Notes under the pieces: model-generated
Seen by the model: only the letters and a program-made list of their open reading frames with translations
The model's database searches: none
What the model was told of the DNA's origin: nothing
Part shown: positions 40,090 through 49,811 of the stretch, one piece after another
Position numbering within the stretch: the stretch's first letter is position 1
How the letters are laid out: every line of letters begins with the position of its first letter
Position numbers and translations under genes: made by a program
From: an uncultured virus (IMG/VR IMGVR_UViG_3300043568_000902)
Taxonomy: Duplodnaviria; Heunggongvirae; Uroviricota; Caudoviricetes
Virus record (IMG/VR): IMGVR_UViG_3300043568_000902
DNA: 60,685 nucleotides
Reading direction: 5' to 3' (one strand)

Positions 40090-40417
40090 TTCTTTTTTCT
40101 TTTAAATAATTTTCAATTAATTCAACACACTCTTGCATTTCCAGATAATCCATATCCGTTATGAGCTCTGCAAACTTACTCAATCTTTTAGACATTTCTA
40201 CCATGTCTATTTGGTCAGGTATATCCCAAAATGCTTTCAGTAATGGACCGTGTTCTTTAACCACGATATCATTAAAGTTATTCAAGACATTCTTAGTCTT
40301 ATGCCTATTAAACCACTTTATATTAGCGGTTTCATCTGCTGCAAATACAGCCATCTGTAACCACACTACAAGATTAGCAATCTTTAGCCTTTCCTCGTTT
40401 TCTTTTGTTAACTGCAT
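40073..40417 (-). CDS. Hypothetical protein
   Basis: 114-aa ORF in operon. Confidence 0.6.
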   Translation of the reverse strand: MQLTKENEERLKIANLVVWLQMAVFAADETANIKWFNRHKTKNVLNNFNDIVVKEHGPLLKAFWDIPDQIDMVEMSKRLSKFAELITDMDYLEMQECVELIENYLKEKRNGNTN

Positions 40418-40716
40418 AAATGTAATTTAGCTAATCCTTCTTCTACTGTAATGTACTCTATCTTGAGTCCTTGCCAATCATATAGGAATGATCCCATATC
40501 TGTACCGCTCATCTCCTCACCATGCCATTCTGCTTGTGCAGTAATGTAGGGTCCACCACTAGGGTCAATCATAGAGAACTTATAGTTAGGCATGCCAACT
40601 TCACCTGGCCAACCACCTACACGGTAGTGCTCAGTAAAGCCAGTCATCTCTATTACATTATCCTTTTTTTCAAAGGTGATAATATCACCATACCTGTTTC
40701 TATACTGTGTCTTCAT
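40408..40716 (-). CDS. Hypothetical protein
   Basis: NRYGD..F..R.G..DPSGGPYI motif seen in small phage proteins. Confidence 0.65.
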   Translation of the reverse strand: MKTQYRNRYGDIITFEKKDNVIEMTGFTEHYRVGGWPGEVGMPNYKFSMIDPSGGPYITAQAEWHGEEMSGTDMGSFLYDWQGLKIEYITVEEGLAKLHLCS

Positions 40717-40717
40717 G

Positions 40718-41593
40718 CTAAAAAATATAACGTATTGTATTCCACGGTAAAATTATACCATGCAATGCTTTAAACTGGTAAATATACTCTGACTTAAGTT
40801 TATGTTGGTAGCGAATATTTAATTCACCATTACCTGATATCTTATTTTCTTGAATCTCAGGTCTCCACAACATGTCCTCGCCAGATATATCATTAGCAAG
40901 ATTGTAGTTATGCTTCTTCTCATTATGAGTAAGGAATATAACCTCACACTTTACTTTATCCTTATTTGTAACATGCTCATCTACAAGCATAAACAAATCT
41001 CGGTAATCATCTAGCCAAGTATCTGTTATTACAACAGGACTAAAGTTAATGTGAACTTCATAACCCATATCTATAAACCTATCTATAGCCTCAATCCTTT
41101 CTATAATAGAACTGGTCTCGGGCTCTAGCACATCCGAATACTTCTGTGGCATAAGACTAAATCTAATTCTAATACCATGAAAAACATTAGGTAAATCATA
41201 GTTTACATACTTAGTAGCAAAAGAGAATTTAAGATATGTTCTACCATATACAGTTTTAAAAATATGGTCTATGTCATAGTACTTAGCATGTAAAGCAAGA
41301 TCTTCATTGCTACCTATATCATACGTTATATCATGATCATCAGTTTGGTTAGGCTTATTCTTATTATACCAAGGCGAGTAAACTATATCGGAGTAATGCT
41401 CAGTTATAGCATGTAATACATCATTTACATTATCTGCCACTTGTAATCCAGTAGGACGGTGGCGTTTCATATAACAGTAACTACAGTTATAAAGACAACC
41501 GTGACCAAAGCTTGGAGCAATAAAATCCGTGCTTCTACCTGACTCGGTAATCTTTAACTGCTTTCTAGTTACTTTCTTGATTAAACTACTCAT
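40718..41593 (-). CDS. Spore photoproduct lyase-like radical SAM protein
   Basis: S.DFI.P...GCLYNCSYCY (CxxxCxxC), FATKYVN, RIRFSLMP, GYEVH.NFSP, RY. Confidence 0.85.
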   Translation of the reverse strand: MSSLIKKVTRKQLKITESGRSTDFIAPSFGHGCLYNCSYCYMKRHRPTGLQVADNVNDVLHAITEHYSDIVYSPWYNKNKPNQTDDHDITYDIGSNEDLALHAKYYDIDHIFKTVYGRTYLKFSFATKYVNYDLPNVFHGIRIRFSLMPQKYSDVLEPETSSIIERIEAIDRFIDMGYEVHINFSPVVITDTWLDDYRDLFMLVDEHVTNKDKVKCEVIFLTHNEKKHNYNLANDISGEDMLWRPEIQENKISGNGELNIRYQHKLKSEYIYQFKALHGIILPWNTIRYIF

Positions 41594-41732
41594 TCTTTAA
41601 TGGTTTTCAGCTTCCTATAAACAAGGTCAACACAGTCATCTATACCCTTATAAGGATTAAGATAAGGTACTGTCTTATTACTACGCAGGTGTTCCATCTC
41701 CTTGATTAGTTCTTCTAATACTTCTTTAGTAC

Positions 41733-41936
41733 TCATACTTTTTGTTTAAAGGGTGGTAGATCTTTATTAGTCTCACAGCAGTCCTTGCATACATATACAA
41801 TGATACCAGTCTTATACTTAAAGGTTATGTTCCTCATGTAGTTCTCAGGCTGTACCTTCTTAAGACAACATACACATTGGTGCTTAACCCTGGTGTAAAC
41901 TATCTTATCTTTAAGGATGGGTAAGTTCTGTATCAT
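41733..41936 (-). CDS. Small zinc-finger protein
   Basis: CVCC..CKDC. Confidence 0.55.
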   Translation of the reverse strand: MIQNLPILKDKIVYTRVKHQCVCCLKKVQPENYMRNITFKYKTGIIVYVCKDCCETNKDLPPFKQKV

Positions 41937-42213
41937 CAGGATCAGTTGTTGTACCTACAGTTGTCGGGTCTACATATACAGTATCCTCCGGTATCTTAAC
42001 AGCTTTAAACATTTGGTAGTCCTCTCTCTCAAGAGGCTTATCCTTTACAGATAGGTATACACCTATTGTAGCAGCACAATCTAGTAGTAAGATAAATGCT
42101 AATACCCACATTAGATACTTACCCATAACTAAACCATCTGCATACCTACTTACTTGTTTCTTAACATCTTCAGGTGTCTCAGCCATTAGTCTCTCTACAG
42201 TTTTAGTTTTCAT
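41911..42213 (-). CDS. Membrane protein
   Basis: Start MKTKTVE at 42213; single TM. Confidence 0.55.
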   Translation of the reverse strand: MKTKTVERLMAETPEDVKKQVSRYADGLVMGKYLMWVLAFILLLDCAATIGVYLSVKDKPLEREDYQMFKAVKIPEDTVYVDPTTVGTTTDPDDTELTHP

Positions 42214-42469
42214 CTTGACCTCCGTAAGTTTCGTTATAGTAGTCCTCAAATGACTTTTGCTCCACCTTAAATTCATCACCCATATCTTCTACTCTACTAC
42301 TAAACCAAGTTTCTTCGTGTTGCTCCTTCTCCATTTGCCTGGCTTGGTTTTCAATTTCTATTTTTCTTTTGTCGAACTCTAATATGCTTATTCCTTCAAC
42401 ATCATACTCATATTCAAGTTTATCGAGTTGTTCAATGAACCATTCAACCGCAGTTTGTTTCTTTTCCAT
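42203..42469 (-). CDS. MEKKQTAV-family small protein
   Basis: Paralog; a 26-bp stretch at its 3' end is identical to the 30619 gene. Confidence 0.75.
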   Translation of the reverse strand: MEKKQTAVEWFIEQLDKLEYEYDVEGISILEFDKRKIEIENQARQMEKEQHEETWFSSRVEDMGDEFKVEQKSFEDYYNETYGGQDEN

Positions 42470-42482
42470 AGTTATTTAGTTT

Positions 42483-42686
42483 TTAAAGTTTTTCTATTTC
42501 TTGTTTTACTTCTTTCCAATACTTTTTTAACACTCCTGTTGTTGTGCCTTCTAAAAGTCCTGTGTTAATTATCTCATCTACTGCTATCAAGGCACATTGC
42601 TTAGCTCCTTCAGAATCACATACATCTGTCCAATGATGTACCGTCATTCTTTTTAATAATTCCTTTGCTTTTTCTTTTGGTGTCAT
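42483..42686 (-). CDS. MTPKEKA-family small protein
   Basis: MTPKEKAKEL..AKQCALIAVDEI..YW.EVKQEIEKL. Confidence 0.75.
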   Translation of the reverse strand: MTPKEKAKELLKRMTVHHWTDVCDSEGAKQCALIAVDEIINTGLLEGTTTGVLKKYWKEVKQEIEKL

Positions 42687-42705
42687 AATTATTTAGTTTT
42701 AGAGT

Positions 42706-42801
42706 TTAATATTTGTTCTTTGTGTTCTCCCTAATAAGTCTTAATTCAATAATCATTATGACTTGTAATAAGGTTGGCACCCAAAAATAAATGTGTTCCA
42801 T
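42706..42801 (-). CDS. 31-aa hydrophobic peptide
   Basis: Manually translated; preceded by the conserved AAAACTAAATAACTATG leader. Confidence 0.5.
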   Translation of the reverse strand: MEHIYFWVPTLLQVIMIIELRLIRENTKNKY

Positions 42802-42803
42802 AG

Positions 42804-42965
42804 TTATTTAGTTTTAAAGTTCATATAATTAATTTGCGCTTTACAATCTTCAAGACTTCCTTGAAATAGCATAAGACCATCAGGAGTTACTATTTCTAAA
42901 GAGTAAATGTTATTTGCAACAGCTACGCAAGAATAGCTTATATAGTCCTTCTCTTGTGGTGTCAT
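42804..42965 (-). CDS. 53-aa hypothetical protein
   Basis: Manually translated; same conserved leader. Confidence 0.55.
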   Translation of the reverse strand: MTPQEKDYISYSCVAVANNIYSLEIVTPDGLMLFQGSLEDCKAQINYMNFKTK

Positions 42966-43247
42966 AGTTATTTAGTTTTAAAGTTTGTTTAATATTTTAG
43001 CTGACCTATCAACACAGGCTCTAGCTATTTTCTGCAACACGGTTACCGTGAGCATTGATAATCTTTTACTAAGATTGTTCATGTTTAAAGTTTTTAGTTT
43101 TTACAACATTTACATTTACCTCTACCTGCATGACCTTTCATTTTGTCTTTAGGCATCCATACCCCAATGTAGATTAAAAAGAATATGGGTATGCACATTA
43201 GCATACATAATAAAGCATAACCTATTGTTTCCATAGTTGTTTAATTA

Positions 43248-43499
43248 TTAATACCATTCTAAGATTTCAACTACCTCTGCATACGGTTTATACAGGATGA
43301 AGAATTCACCGCTTGTTAAATATACAGCACACATTTTGGGGTTGATCTCATCATCCTCTTCATCTGCCCATTCTCTTAGGGCTATGATATTATCTGTGAG
43401 TATCTTTACCTCCGCCTTCATGGTACAGGTCTCTCCACCAATAAGGTTAGCTAACTTGCTATTAATTAAGTCAATGTTAGCAGTTATAAACTTACTCAT
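43248..43499 (-). CDS. Hypothetical protein; paralog of 31519-31773
   Basis: Shared motif INPKMCAVYLTSGEFF. Confidence 0.7.
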   Translation of the reverse strand: MSKFITANIDLINSKLANLIGGETCTMKAEVKILTDNIIALREWADEEDDEINPKMCAVYLTSGEFFILYKPYAEVVEILEWY

Positions 43500-43785
43500 T
43501 CTCTTGCTCTAGTTCAGGACGGTTGACCTTAAGGCCCCACATCAGGTTATACATAGAAGCAGATCTCTGAGCATACTTAATAGTAAGCCTTCTATGCTTA
43601 CGTAAGTAAGTTACCATCCACTCCGTCCACTTTTCTTCTTGCTCAGGAGTCATGGTCCATTGCTCATACCATTTGTCCTTACGGTCTTTAATGTCCTCAT
43701 AGGATACATTATGACCAGCTATTATAAACATGGTGTTGATTATATCTTTTACCATGTCATCATCAGTTAGTCTTTTACTTTTCAT
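43492..43785 (-). CDS. Hypothetical protein
   Basis: 97 aa, Trp-rich. Confidence 0.65.
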   Translation of the reverse strand: MKSKRLTDDDMVKDIINTMFIIAGHNVSYEDIKDRKDKWYEQWTMTPEQEEKWTEWMVTYLRKHRRLTIKYAQRSASMYNLMWGLKVNRPELEQENE

Positions 43786-44009
43786 AAATTAATTAGTATT
43801 ACTTTATTATCTATGGTGATCATAGCTACTGGTATAAGGTCCTCGTCATTTGAATGACGTGCTACAATGTAATCTTTATGCATACGGGTAGGGTCACTTG
43901 TATAAACAACTATACATTCATGACCATCAGCCTCCATTATATCAGTAACCCTTAATACAACAGTCTCTGGCTCAAAGTAATTATCTATGTAATAGTCTCC
44001 CGGTTTCAT
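43782..44009 (-). CDS. Hypothetical protein
   Basis: 75 aa, ATGA coupling. Confidence 0.6.
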   Translation of the reverse strand: MKPGDYYIDNYFEPETVVLRVTDIMEADGHECIVVYTSDPTRMHKDYIVARHSNDEDLIPVAMITIDNKVILINL

Positions 44010-44302
44010 GGGTCTTCTATTTCACAGGTTAAATCTAAATCACCAAATACCTTAGCAATAGGCTCGAGTTTATCACGAGATCCATACTTTACCACAGCTT
44101 TTCCCTCGTTATGAATTCTCATAGCAAACTCCGCAGCCCTTGCCGAAGATATCTCACAGTAAATCATAAGAGCCATAATAACTTTATCAAAGCTATTGTG
44201 GTCATCGTTGAACAAGATGAGCTTGCTGTCCTCCATAAAGGACAGGTCAAGCTTTACATCTTCAAGTTCAACAGTCTTAGTCTCGCCAATTGACCCAGTC
44301 AT
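44006..44302 (-). CDS. clpS: ClpS-like N-degron adaptor
   Basis: LILFNDDHNSFDKVI.AL...C..S...A...AM.IHNEGKAVV..G; likely start MTGSIG at 44302. Confidence 0.88.
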   Translation of the reverse strand: MTGSIGETKTVELEDVKLDLSFMEDSKLILFNDDHNSFDKVIMALMIYCEISSARAAEFAMRIHNEGKAVVKYGSRDKLEPIAKVFGDLDLTCEIEDP

Positions 44303-44519
44303 CTTCATCATCTGCTTGTTCTTCTTTAAAACAATCACGGCATATATCTGCTTCTTCAAGCATTGCCTCAAAATGTTCATCAACATCGGACTCATCAGGT
44401 GCTGACTCATAAGCCATACCTCTAATAATATCCCTGTCGCAATTCCTACATAAATCACTTACTTGATTCCAAGGTGCATTAACATCTTGTTCTGCACCAG
44501 CGGGTAAATTACTGTTCAT
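44277..44519 (-). CDS. Small acidic CxxC protein
   Basis: N.PAGAE.D..APWN, CRNC, CRDC. Confidence 0.6.
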   Translation of the reverse strand: MNSNLPAGAEQDVNAPWNQVSDLCRNCDRDIIRGMAYESAPDESDVDEHFEAMLEEADICRDCFKEEQADDEDDWVNWRD

Positions 44520-45600
44520 TTGGTTTAATCCATTTAATTTTTGTTTCATCATATTGCTCTAATGCATTCTGAACCCATGTAGTATCAACAGTATCATCAT
44601 AACATAGTATGTGAATAACTGCTTTTTCATCAGGATTAAGACGGAGTAACCTACCCAATCTTTGTGCTGACTTACGTTCATTACCATAAGCATGCATGAT
44701 AATACCTTGTTTAAGGTTTGGAATATTTACACCCTCATTAAGCTGTAATACACAACTTAACTTGGTTATATCACCATCCTTAAACAGTTTAAGATTTTCT
44801 TCAGATGCTTTATTAGCACTATGATAACTATGTGTACACATTTTATCTGCTTGCTCTTGCGTATTAGCAAACAAAATCACTTTATCATTTATCTTATTGA
44901 ACAGTTTTAGAGCATAGCGTTCTTTGCTGGGATAACCCATCATAGATTTCATACGCATTACTCTAAGTATTTGTTCTTCTTTAAAACCATTAGCATTCAT
45001 TAGCTTCTCACTCCAGTAGTTATAGTTCTTTAACTCTGAAGATGGAAAATAACCTTTTTTAGTTTTTTGTTTATAAGTTAAACTTTTATCTAAATCTAAT
45101 AAATGTATAATAATTTCATAGTCATTTAGAATACCATCTTCTACTGCTTCATCAGTGATGTAACGGTATTTAATAGGACAATACTTGGCCACCATTTGTC
45201 CTTTCTCGGACTTTGCGATACGCGGTGGTGTACCAGTAAGACCTACAATTGTACCTTTATACTGCGAAAGCCAATGATCATGAGATTCTAACAGGTTATG
45301 GCACTCATCCAAGTACACAACGTCATAGTCTAAATCTTGTTTTCCTAAAGATAAATAAGTAGTAAACGTAATATGCTCTTTCAAATAAGACATATTAAAC
45401 TTATCAGCCTCTTCAACCCAGGACTTAAATATAGACTTCTTAGGTGCTACAACCAATACTTTGAGTTCTTCATAGTAATTAGTTGCAACGTGCTGTAAGC
45501 CAATAAGAGTTTTACCAACTCCCATAGATACAGCAATGCCAGATCGCTTATTAGCAATAAGCGTATCTAGCGCTTGCTTTTGTATCTCTTCTCTACTCAT
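44509..45600 (-). CDS. Superfamily II (DExH) helicase
   Basis: MGVGKT, DECH, LTGT, EGVNIP, QRLGRLLR. Confidence 0.9.
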   Translation of the reverse strand: MSREEIQKQALDTLIANKRSGIAVSMGVGKTLIGLQHVATNYYEELKVLVVAPKKSIFKSWVEEADKFNMSYLKEHITFTTYLSLGKQDLDYDVVYLDECHNLLESHDHWLSQYKGTIVGLTGTPPRIAKSEKGQMVAKYCPIKYRYITDEAVEDGILNDYEIIIHLLDLDKSLTYKQKTKKGYFPSSELKNYNYWSEKLMNANGFKEEQILRVMRMKSMMGYPSKERYALKLFNKINDKVILFANTQEQADKMCTHSYHSANKASEENLKLFKDGDITKLSCVLQLNEGVNIPNLKQGIIMHAYGNERKSAQRLGRLLRLNPDEKAVIHILCYDDTVDTTWVQNALEQYDETKIKWIKPNEQ

Positions 45601-45601
45601 A

Positions 45602-45841
45602 TTACCATTGACCTTGGTTGGTAACACAGAAGTTACTGCCTACATAGGCATCCATCCACACATCCTGATCAAAGCAAAATGTTTTCTTGTTACCTGTACA
45701 ATCATTACGGATCTCTAACCAGTAGCAACTACCATTGATACCATCATTAGCAATCGTACCGCAGTTACACTGCTTATCTTCTTCTTTACCACAGCTAACT
45801 AATCCAATAGCTAGCATAAAAATCATAATTAACTTCTTCAT
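45602..45841 (-). CDS. Cys-rich lipoprotein
   Basis: Signal peptide with lipobox LVSC. Confidence 0.7.
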   Translation of the reverse strand: MKKLIMIFMLAIGLVSCGKEEDKQCNCGTIANDGINGSCYWLEIRNDCTGNKKTFCFDQDVWMDAYVGSNFCVTNQGQW

Positions 45842-46176
45842 GCTGTTAGTTTTTTAATATAAAAATGTTGTGGATAATCAGGTCCCACATATAGGAGTAG
45901 TAACTCACATATATAATGTAGACCGAGTGTACTATGAGCGTACATTGCACCAGGTAAACCTTTGGTAATCTTATCAAGAGTAAATCTTTCACCACCTTCT
46001 AATGGTGCGGCAGATATCTCAAAGGTTAGTACCTTATCATCTGTTTCACCGTATAGTTTACGGATAAGTTGAGTAAGATCAATGTGTAGTGTAAGATCAT
46101 TGCTGTCTCCACGCCATGTGCGATCTAATAGTCTCAGGTTTTCAAGCCCTTCTATTACTTCAAATTTTATAATCAT
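45838..46176 (-). CDS. Hypothetical protein
   Basis: 112-aa ORF. Confidence 0.6.
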   Translation of the reverse strand: MIIKFEVIEGLENLRLLDRTWRGDSNDLTLHIDLTQLIRKLYGETDDKVLTFEISAAPLEGGERFTLDKITKGLPGAMYAHSTLGLHYICELLLLYVGPDYPQHFYIKKLTA

Positions 46177-46592
46177 GATTCTCTTGATTTACTAAAGTCT
46201 AATAACTTTGCTTCTTTAGGATGAGTTTCTATATAGTTATGGCACGTCCTGCATACAGCAAGGAACTGAGTATCATCTAATAATAGAGCACCAATCCTAC
46301 CTTTTTGGTGGTGTACGTCACAGGCATTAATAGCACAGTCAGGTAGATGTGCCTCACAGAAAGGCTTTCTCTTTAAGAACTGATCTCTTAATACCATGTA
46401 AGCAGCGTTAAGTTTAACAATCTTGGAAGATTGAAGGCGCATAGGTTTCTTAGCTGTTGGTTTTTTAGTGCTTGATAAACCCTTAAATTGTTTACTCCAG
46501 CATTGCTTACAAAACTTCTGCTTACCTTCTTTCTTCCAGATTGTTGTTACTTCGCTACACCCATCACACTTCTTCAGCTTGGCTTGTAACAT
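46173..46592 (-). CDS. HNH-type nuclease with N-terminal Zn finger
   Basis: CDGC..CKQC; CE....C....DVHH.KGR..AVCRTCH. Confidence 0.7.
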   Translation of the reverse strand: MLQAKLKKCDGCSEVTTIWKKEGKQKFCKQCWSKQFKGLSSTKKPTAKKPMRLQSSKIVKLNAAYMVLRDQFLKRKPFCEAHLPDCAINACDVHHQKGRIGALLLDDTQFLAVCRTCHNYIETHPKEAKLLDFSKSRES

Positions 46593-46773
46593 TTTCAGAT
46601 TTCATTATGATAATAGAATCATTACCGTAGGTCATGGCAATATGACTACCTTCTCCTACATTAGTAATGATGTTATCTTGCTTGGTTAGTTGTTTTAACA
46701 TAACCTCTTCGGCCTCCGTCTCAGGAGTGAGAACAAGTCTTGTAGACCCGTTCATTATAAAAGTTGTTTTCAT
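46564..46773 (-). CDS. Hypothetical protein
   Basis: 69-aa ORF. Confidence 0.6.
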   Translation of the reverse strand: MKTTFIMNGSTRLVLTPETEAEEVMLKQLTKQDNIITNVGEGSHIAMTYGNDSIIIMKSENVTSQAEEV

Positions 46774-46776
46774 AGA

Positions 46777-47088
46777 TTAAATCTTGGCTTTTTCAAAGCA
46801 GCCTTTAACGTCAGTGTAAAGATCTTTATCCGCTTCTTCAATCATGTCTACTATATCTTCAAGCTTCCTATTGATATTAGCAGCAAGTATAAAATGATCA
46901 GATTCCTGTATCTTAACGATATCCTCATCACTAAGAGGTTGAGTAATACGGATTTGACCAAAGTCGAGGATGTTTAACACATCCTCTGTTGACTTGTACT
47001 CAAATATATCCTCATAGGTATCTAACCACTTTCTATTGCTGAAGTAGATGAATAGAATTTCACGGTTATCTAAATCACTGAGTTTCAT
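46777..47088 (-). CDS. Hypothetical acidic protein
   Basis: 103-aa ORF. Confidence 0.6.
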   Translation of the reverse strand: MKLSDLDNREILFIYFSNRKWLDTYEDIFEYKSTEDVLNILDFGQIRITQPLSDEDIVKIQESDHFILAANINRKLEDIVDMIEEADKDLYTDVKGCFEKAKI

Positions 47089-47093
47089 GCCGT

Positions 47094-47573
47094 TTATTTT
47101 AGTTGATAAAAATTATAAGGTAGTACCTTTTCTTCTATCAATTTGTTAATTACTTCCTTTTTACTAACTCCTAAAGATTTAAACTCTAGATTGCTAATAT
47201 ACGTAGGGTCAATATCATTAACAAATTTTTCAGAATATTCTTTAACAAAGCTGCTATTCCAAAAGAGGTTACCTAACAGGTCCGCCGTCCATTGATTAGT
47301 AAGCTGATGTTTCCAAATATTTAAAACATTTTGCGCGCGTTCATGCACTTTCTGGATACGTTTTTTCTTATCCCAATGCATTTTAGCCAATTCCTCAGGG
47401 GAATAAACACTTAATCCAAACAGCACACGCTTATACAGAAAATTCTGTTGTGCGTTAAACTCGTCTTTTTCATAGACCATTTTTTGCTTGTGTCCTGGAT
47501 TACCATACAACTGGTAAGACTGCATCTTACCTTTGTAAACTACTTTTTGTGCAAAAGAGTAATTGTTCTTCAT
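47094..47573 (-). CDS. Hypothetical protein
   Basis: 159-aa ORF with A-rich leader. Confidence 0.7.
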   Translation of the reverse strand: MKNNYSFAQKVVYKGKMQSYQLYGNPGHKQKMVYEKDEFNAQQNFLYKRVLFGLSVYSPEELAKMHWDKKKRIQKVHERAQNVLNIWKHQLTNQWTADLLGNLFWNSSFVKEYSEKFVNDIDPTYISNLEFKSLGVSKKEVINKLIEEKVLPYNFYQLK

Positions 47574-47624
47574 AGATTTTGAGTTGATTATTATACAAAA
47601 AAAACAAGGGTAGAACTACCCTCG

Positions 47625-48080
47625 TTATACAGCAAAGTTGTCTGCTGCTACCATTTTTAATGATCTTACAGCAATCTTGATCTCTTCGGTGTTATTATGT
47701 TGAATCAAATCATCAACATCATTACCCGTTGGATCATAAAAACACTTACGATAAATTGGTTGGCCATCAACACAACAAGGGATACCTGTTTCACCTGCGA
47801 TCTTTAAATCTTTATCAGGATTATCTGGTGTAAATGCTTCAAAGCTTTCTTTGATAACAATTTGCCCTTTCAATTGCTTATTGGCTTCCCAGTTTAGCAT
47901 CTTTAAAGTATCAACATCTGCTTGAACAAGCGCGGACAAAGGTCTAATACTAACCCAGCCTTTCTTATTAATAAGCAAACGCTCTTGAGTAACACGAATA
48001 TATCCATACTCAGGATTATTCTTACTCAAAGTAATAACACTGTTGTCCTCATTAGGACAAACCATAACAAAAGGATTCAT
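47625..48080 (-). CDS. Hypothetical beta-rich protein (possible OB-fold)
   Basis: 151 aa; GYIRV.Q, K.AG.TG..C..DGQPIYR, D.L.QH.N. Confidence 0.65.
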   Translation of the reverse strand: MNPFVMVCPNEDNSVITLSKNNPEYGYIRVTQERLLINKKGWVSIRPLSALVQADVDTLKMLNWEANKQLKGQIVIKESFEAFTPDNPDKDLKIAGETGIPCCVDGQPIYRKCFYDPTGNDVDDLIQHNNTEEIKIAVRSLKMVAADNFAV

Positions 48081-48092
48081 AAATAGTTGGTT

Positions 48093-48359
48093 TTAGTCTT
48101 CTAACGTGTCGAAATCTATAGCATCATCTGCTATATCAGGAAACTCATCAGGGAAGAACTCTTGATAATAGTTTTCTTCTTCCTCTTCAAAATCTTCCTC
48201 GTCTTCTTGTTTAGTTTTTATAGAAGCACCATGCCAAGGATTGGATAAATGTTCACCAGCATTACAGGCGACAAGTTCTCTAATATCCCTATCTGTAAGA
48301 TTAAGAATATCATTAACATCAAGCCATATTGTTTTCCCGTTAGGGAGCTGATAATACAT
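48093..48359 (-). CDS. Acidic small protein
   Basis: MYYQLPNGK.., E/D-rich tail; TACCTTTG box (- strand) at 48366-48373. Confidence 0.65.
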   Translation of the reverse strand: MYYQLPNGKTIWLDVNDILNLTDRDIRELVACNAGEHLSNPWHGASIKTKQEDEEDFEEEEENYYQEFFPDEFPDIADDAIDFDTLED

Positions 48360-48429
48360 ATATATCAAAGGTAAAACTGCTTAGTATAAAATGCTTTAAT
48401 ATACAATAATTAATAGAAAAAAATCAGCA

Positions 48430-48615
48430 TTATATAGCTAAAGACGCAATAGCAGTTATCATAGCTACTGTTGATAAAGCTAAAAGCATAGTTACTCTTT
48501 CACTTAATTTCTTTGTTTGTCTCATAACGTCTTCATGTTTTACTTGCGTTTCTTTCTTAAAACGTTCAAAGTTACCCATAAACACAGGTCTTTTATCTTG
48601 TTCACTCATTATCAT
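48430..48615 (-). CDS. Small C-terminally anchored protein
   Basis: 61 aa with C-terminal TM. Confidence 0.5.
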   Translation of the reverse strand: MIMSEQDKRPVFMGNFERFKKETQVKHEDVMRQTKKLSERVTMLLALSTVAMITAIASLAI

Positions 48616-48662
48616 TTCTTTAAGATTGTAAAAATAAAAGCAGGGGATTACTCCCCCACTTT

Positions 48663-49811
48663 TTAAAAATCTAAATAAGCCATCTCAACTACACTATCTA
48701 GTTGATTAGTCTTATAATTATCCTTAAACCACTGTTGTACTTCAGGCTTTGCTAACCATTCTTTGATATAGTCATGATGACACTGATCAATAGTTGCATT
48801 ACGCTTACCATACATTTGGTTAATAACAAAGTTGTCACTATTCCAACCTTTAGTTATACCTAAAGTAGCACGAGTATCTCTATCAGTAAACTTAAATACA
48901 AAATAAGTTTTACTTGATACAGTATCAGCATAGTTAGTATATACACAATGAGACATAATCCTGCCTTCTATATATAACTCTTTGCTATTAGTAATAAGCT
49001 CAAGACATCCATTGTTAGGTAACTCATTCTTATAGTTATACTCTTTATGATCAACGTAGTCTTGCTCCATGTCCATAATCTCTATAGTCCATTCATTATG
49101 AACTTCTTTCATACGGTTCATAGACCACTTAAAATCTATCTTACGCCCAAGCATTTGTGCTTGTTTACTAAGATCAACTAGTTCATGATGCATATAGTTA
49201 TTTTGACCATCAAGTATAAATTCTAACACGTGATTGGGGTCTTTTGCTACACTCATCATATCACCAAGAGCTTGAATTCTAGAAGAATTACCACTGTTAA
49301 GCCACCGCCATACCAACTCTGTTGATATATTTAGGTTGCGCAGTGTAGGGTTAACCTTAATAATACCTTTAATAAGATCTCTTGGGTTAGTAATCTTACC
49401 TAACAATACTTTACTTAAGGTGCTATTAGTAGTACTTATCTTAAGATTGATAGGTGCATTATTAAACCACTCGGCTTTAAAATAATCACACATGTCTTTT
49501 AAGATAACATTATTTGATACAGCCATTTGCTTACCGTACCACCACTTAAACTTTTTAGTGGCCTTATCATATGTAGCACCTTGAGAGGAAGTATTTCTAA
49601 GATACAATCCTGATTTACTATTCCACTTTGGTGCTGCACTATTCTGTACCCAATACACATGGGTATCAGTCTCTTTACGAGAAACTTCATGATAACCATG
49701 CACCTTACCACCAAAGAAAGCAAACCTTTGTTGCTCTAATGGTTTAGATTTATAGGTAAGATAACTTTCTTTATACCCAATCGGTAAACATTCTATGCTT
49801 GTTACTTGCAT
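48663..49811 (-). CDS. PcfJ-like domain protein
   Basis: H+.W..L..EG..M.HCV..Y....R.TL.I...I.Q..G..N C-terminal pattern. Confidence 0.75.
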   Translation of the reverse strand: MQVTSIECLPIGYKESYLTYKSKPLEQQRFAFFGGKVHGYHEVSRKETDTHVYWVQNSAAPKWNSKSGLYLRNTSSQGATYDKATKKFKWWYGKQMAVSNNVILKDMCDYFKAEWFNNAPINLKISTTNSTLSKVLLGKITNPRDLIKGIIKVNPTLRNLNISTELVWRWLNSGNSSRIQALGDMMSVAKDPNHVLEFILDGQNNYMHHELVDLSKQAQMLGRKIDFKWSMNRMKEVHNEWTIEIMDMEQDYVDHKEYNYKNELPNNGCLELITNSKELYIEGRIMSHCVYTNYADTVSSKTYFVFKFTDRDTRATLGITKGWNSDNFVINQMYGKRNATIDQCHHDYIKEWLAKPEVQQWFKDNYKTNQLDSVVEMAYLDF

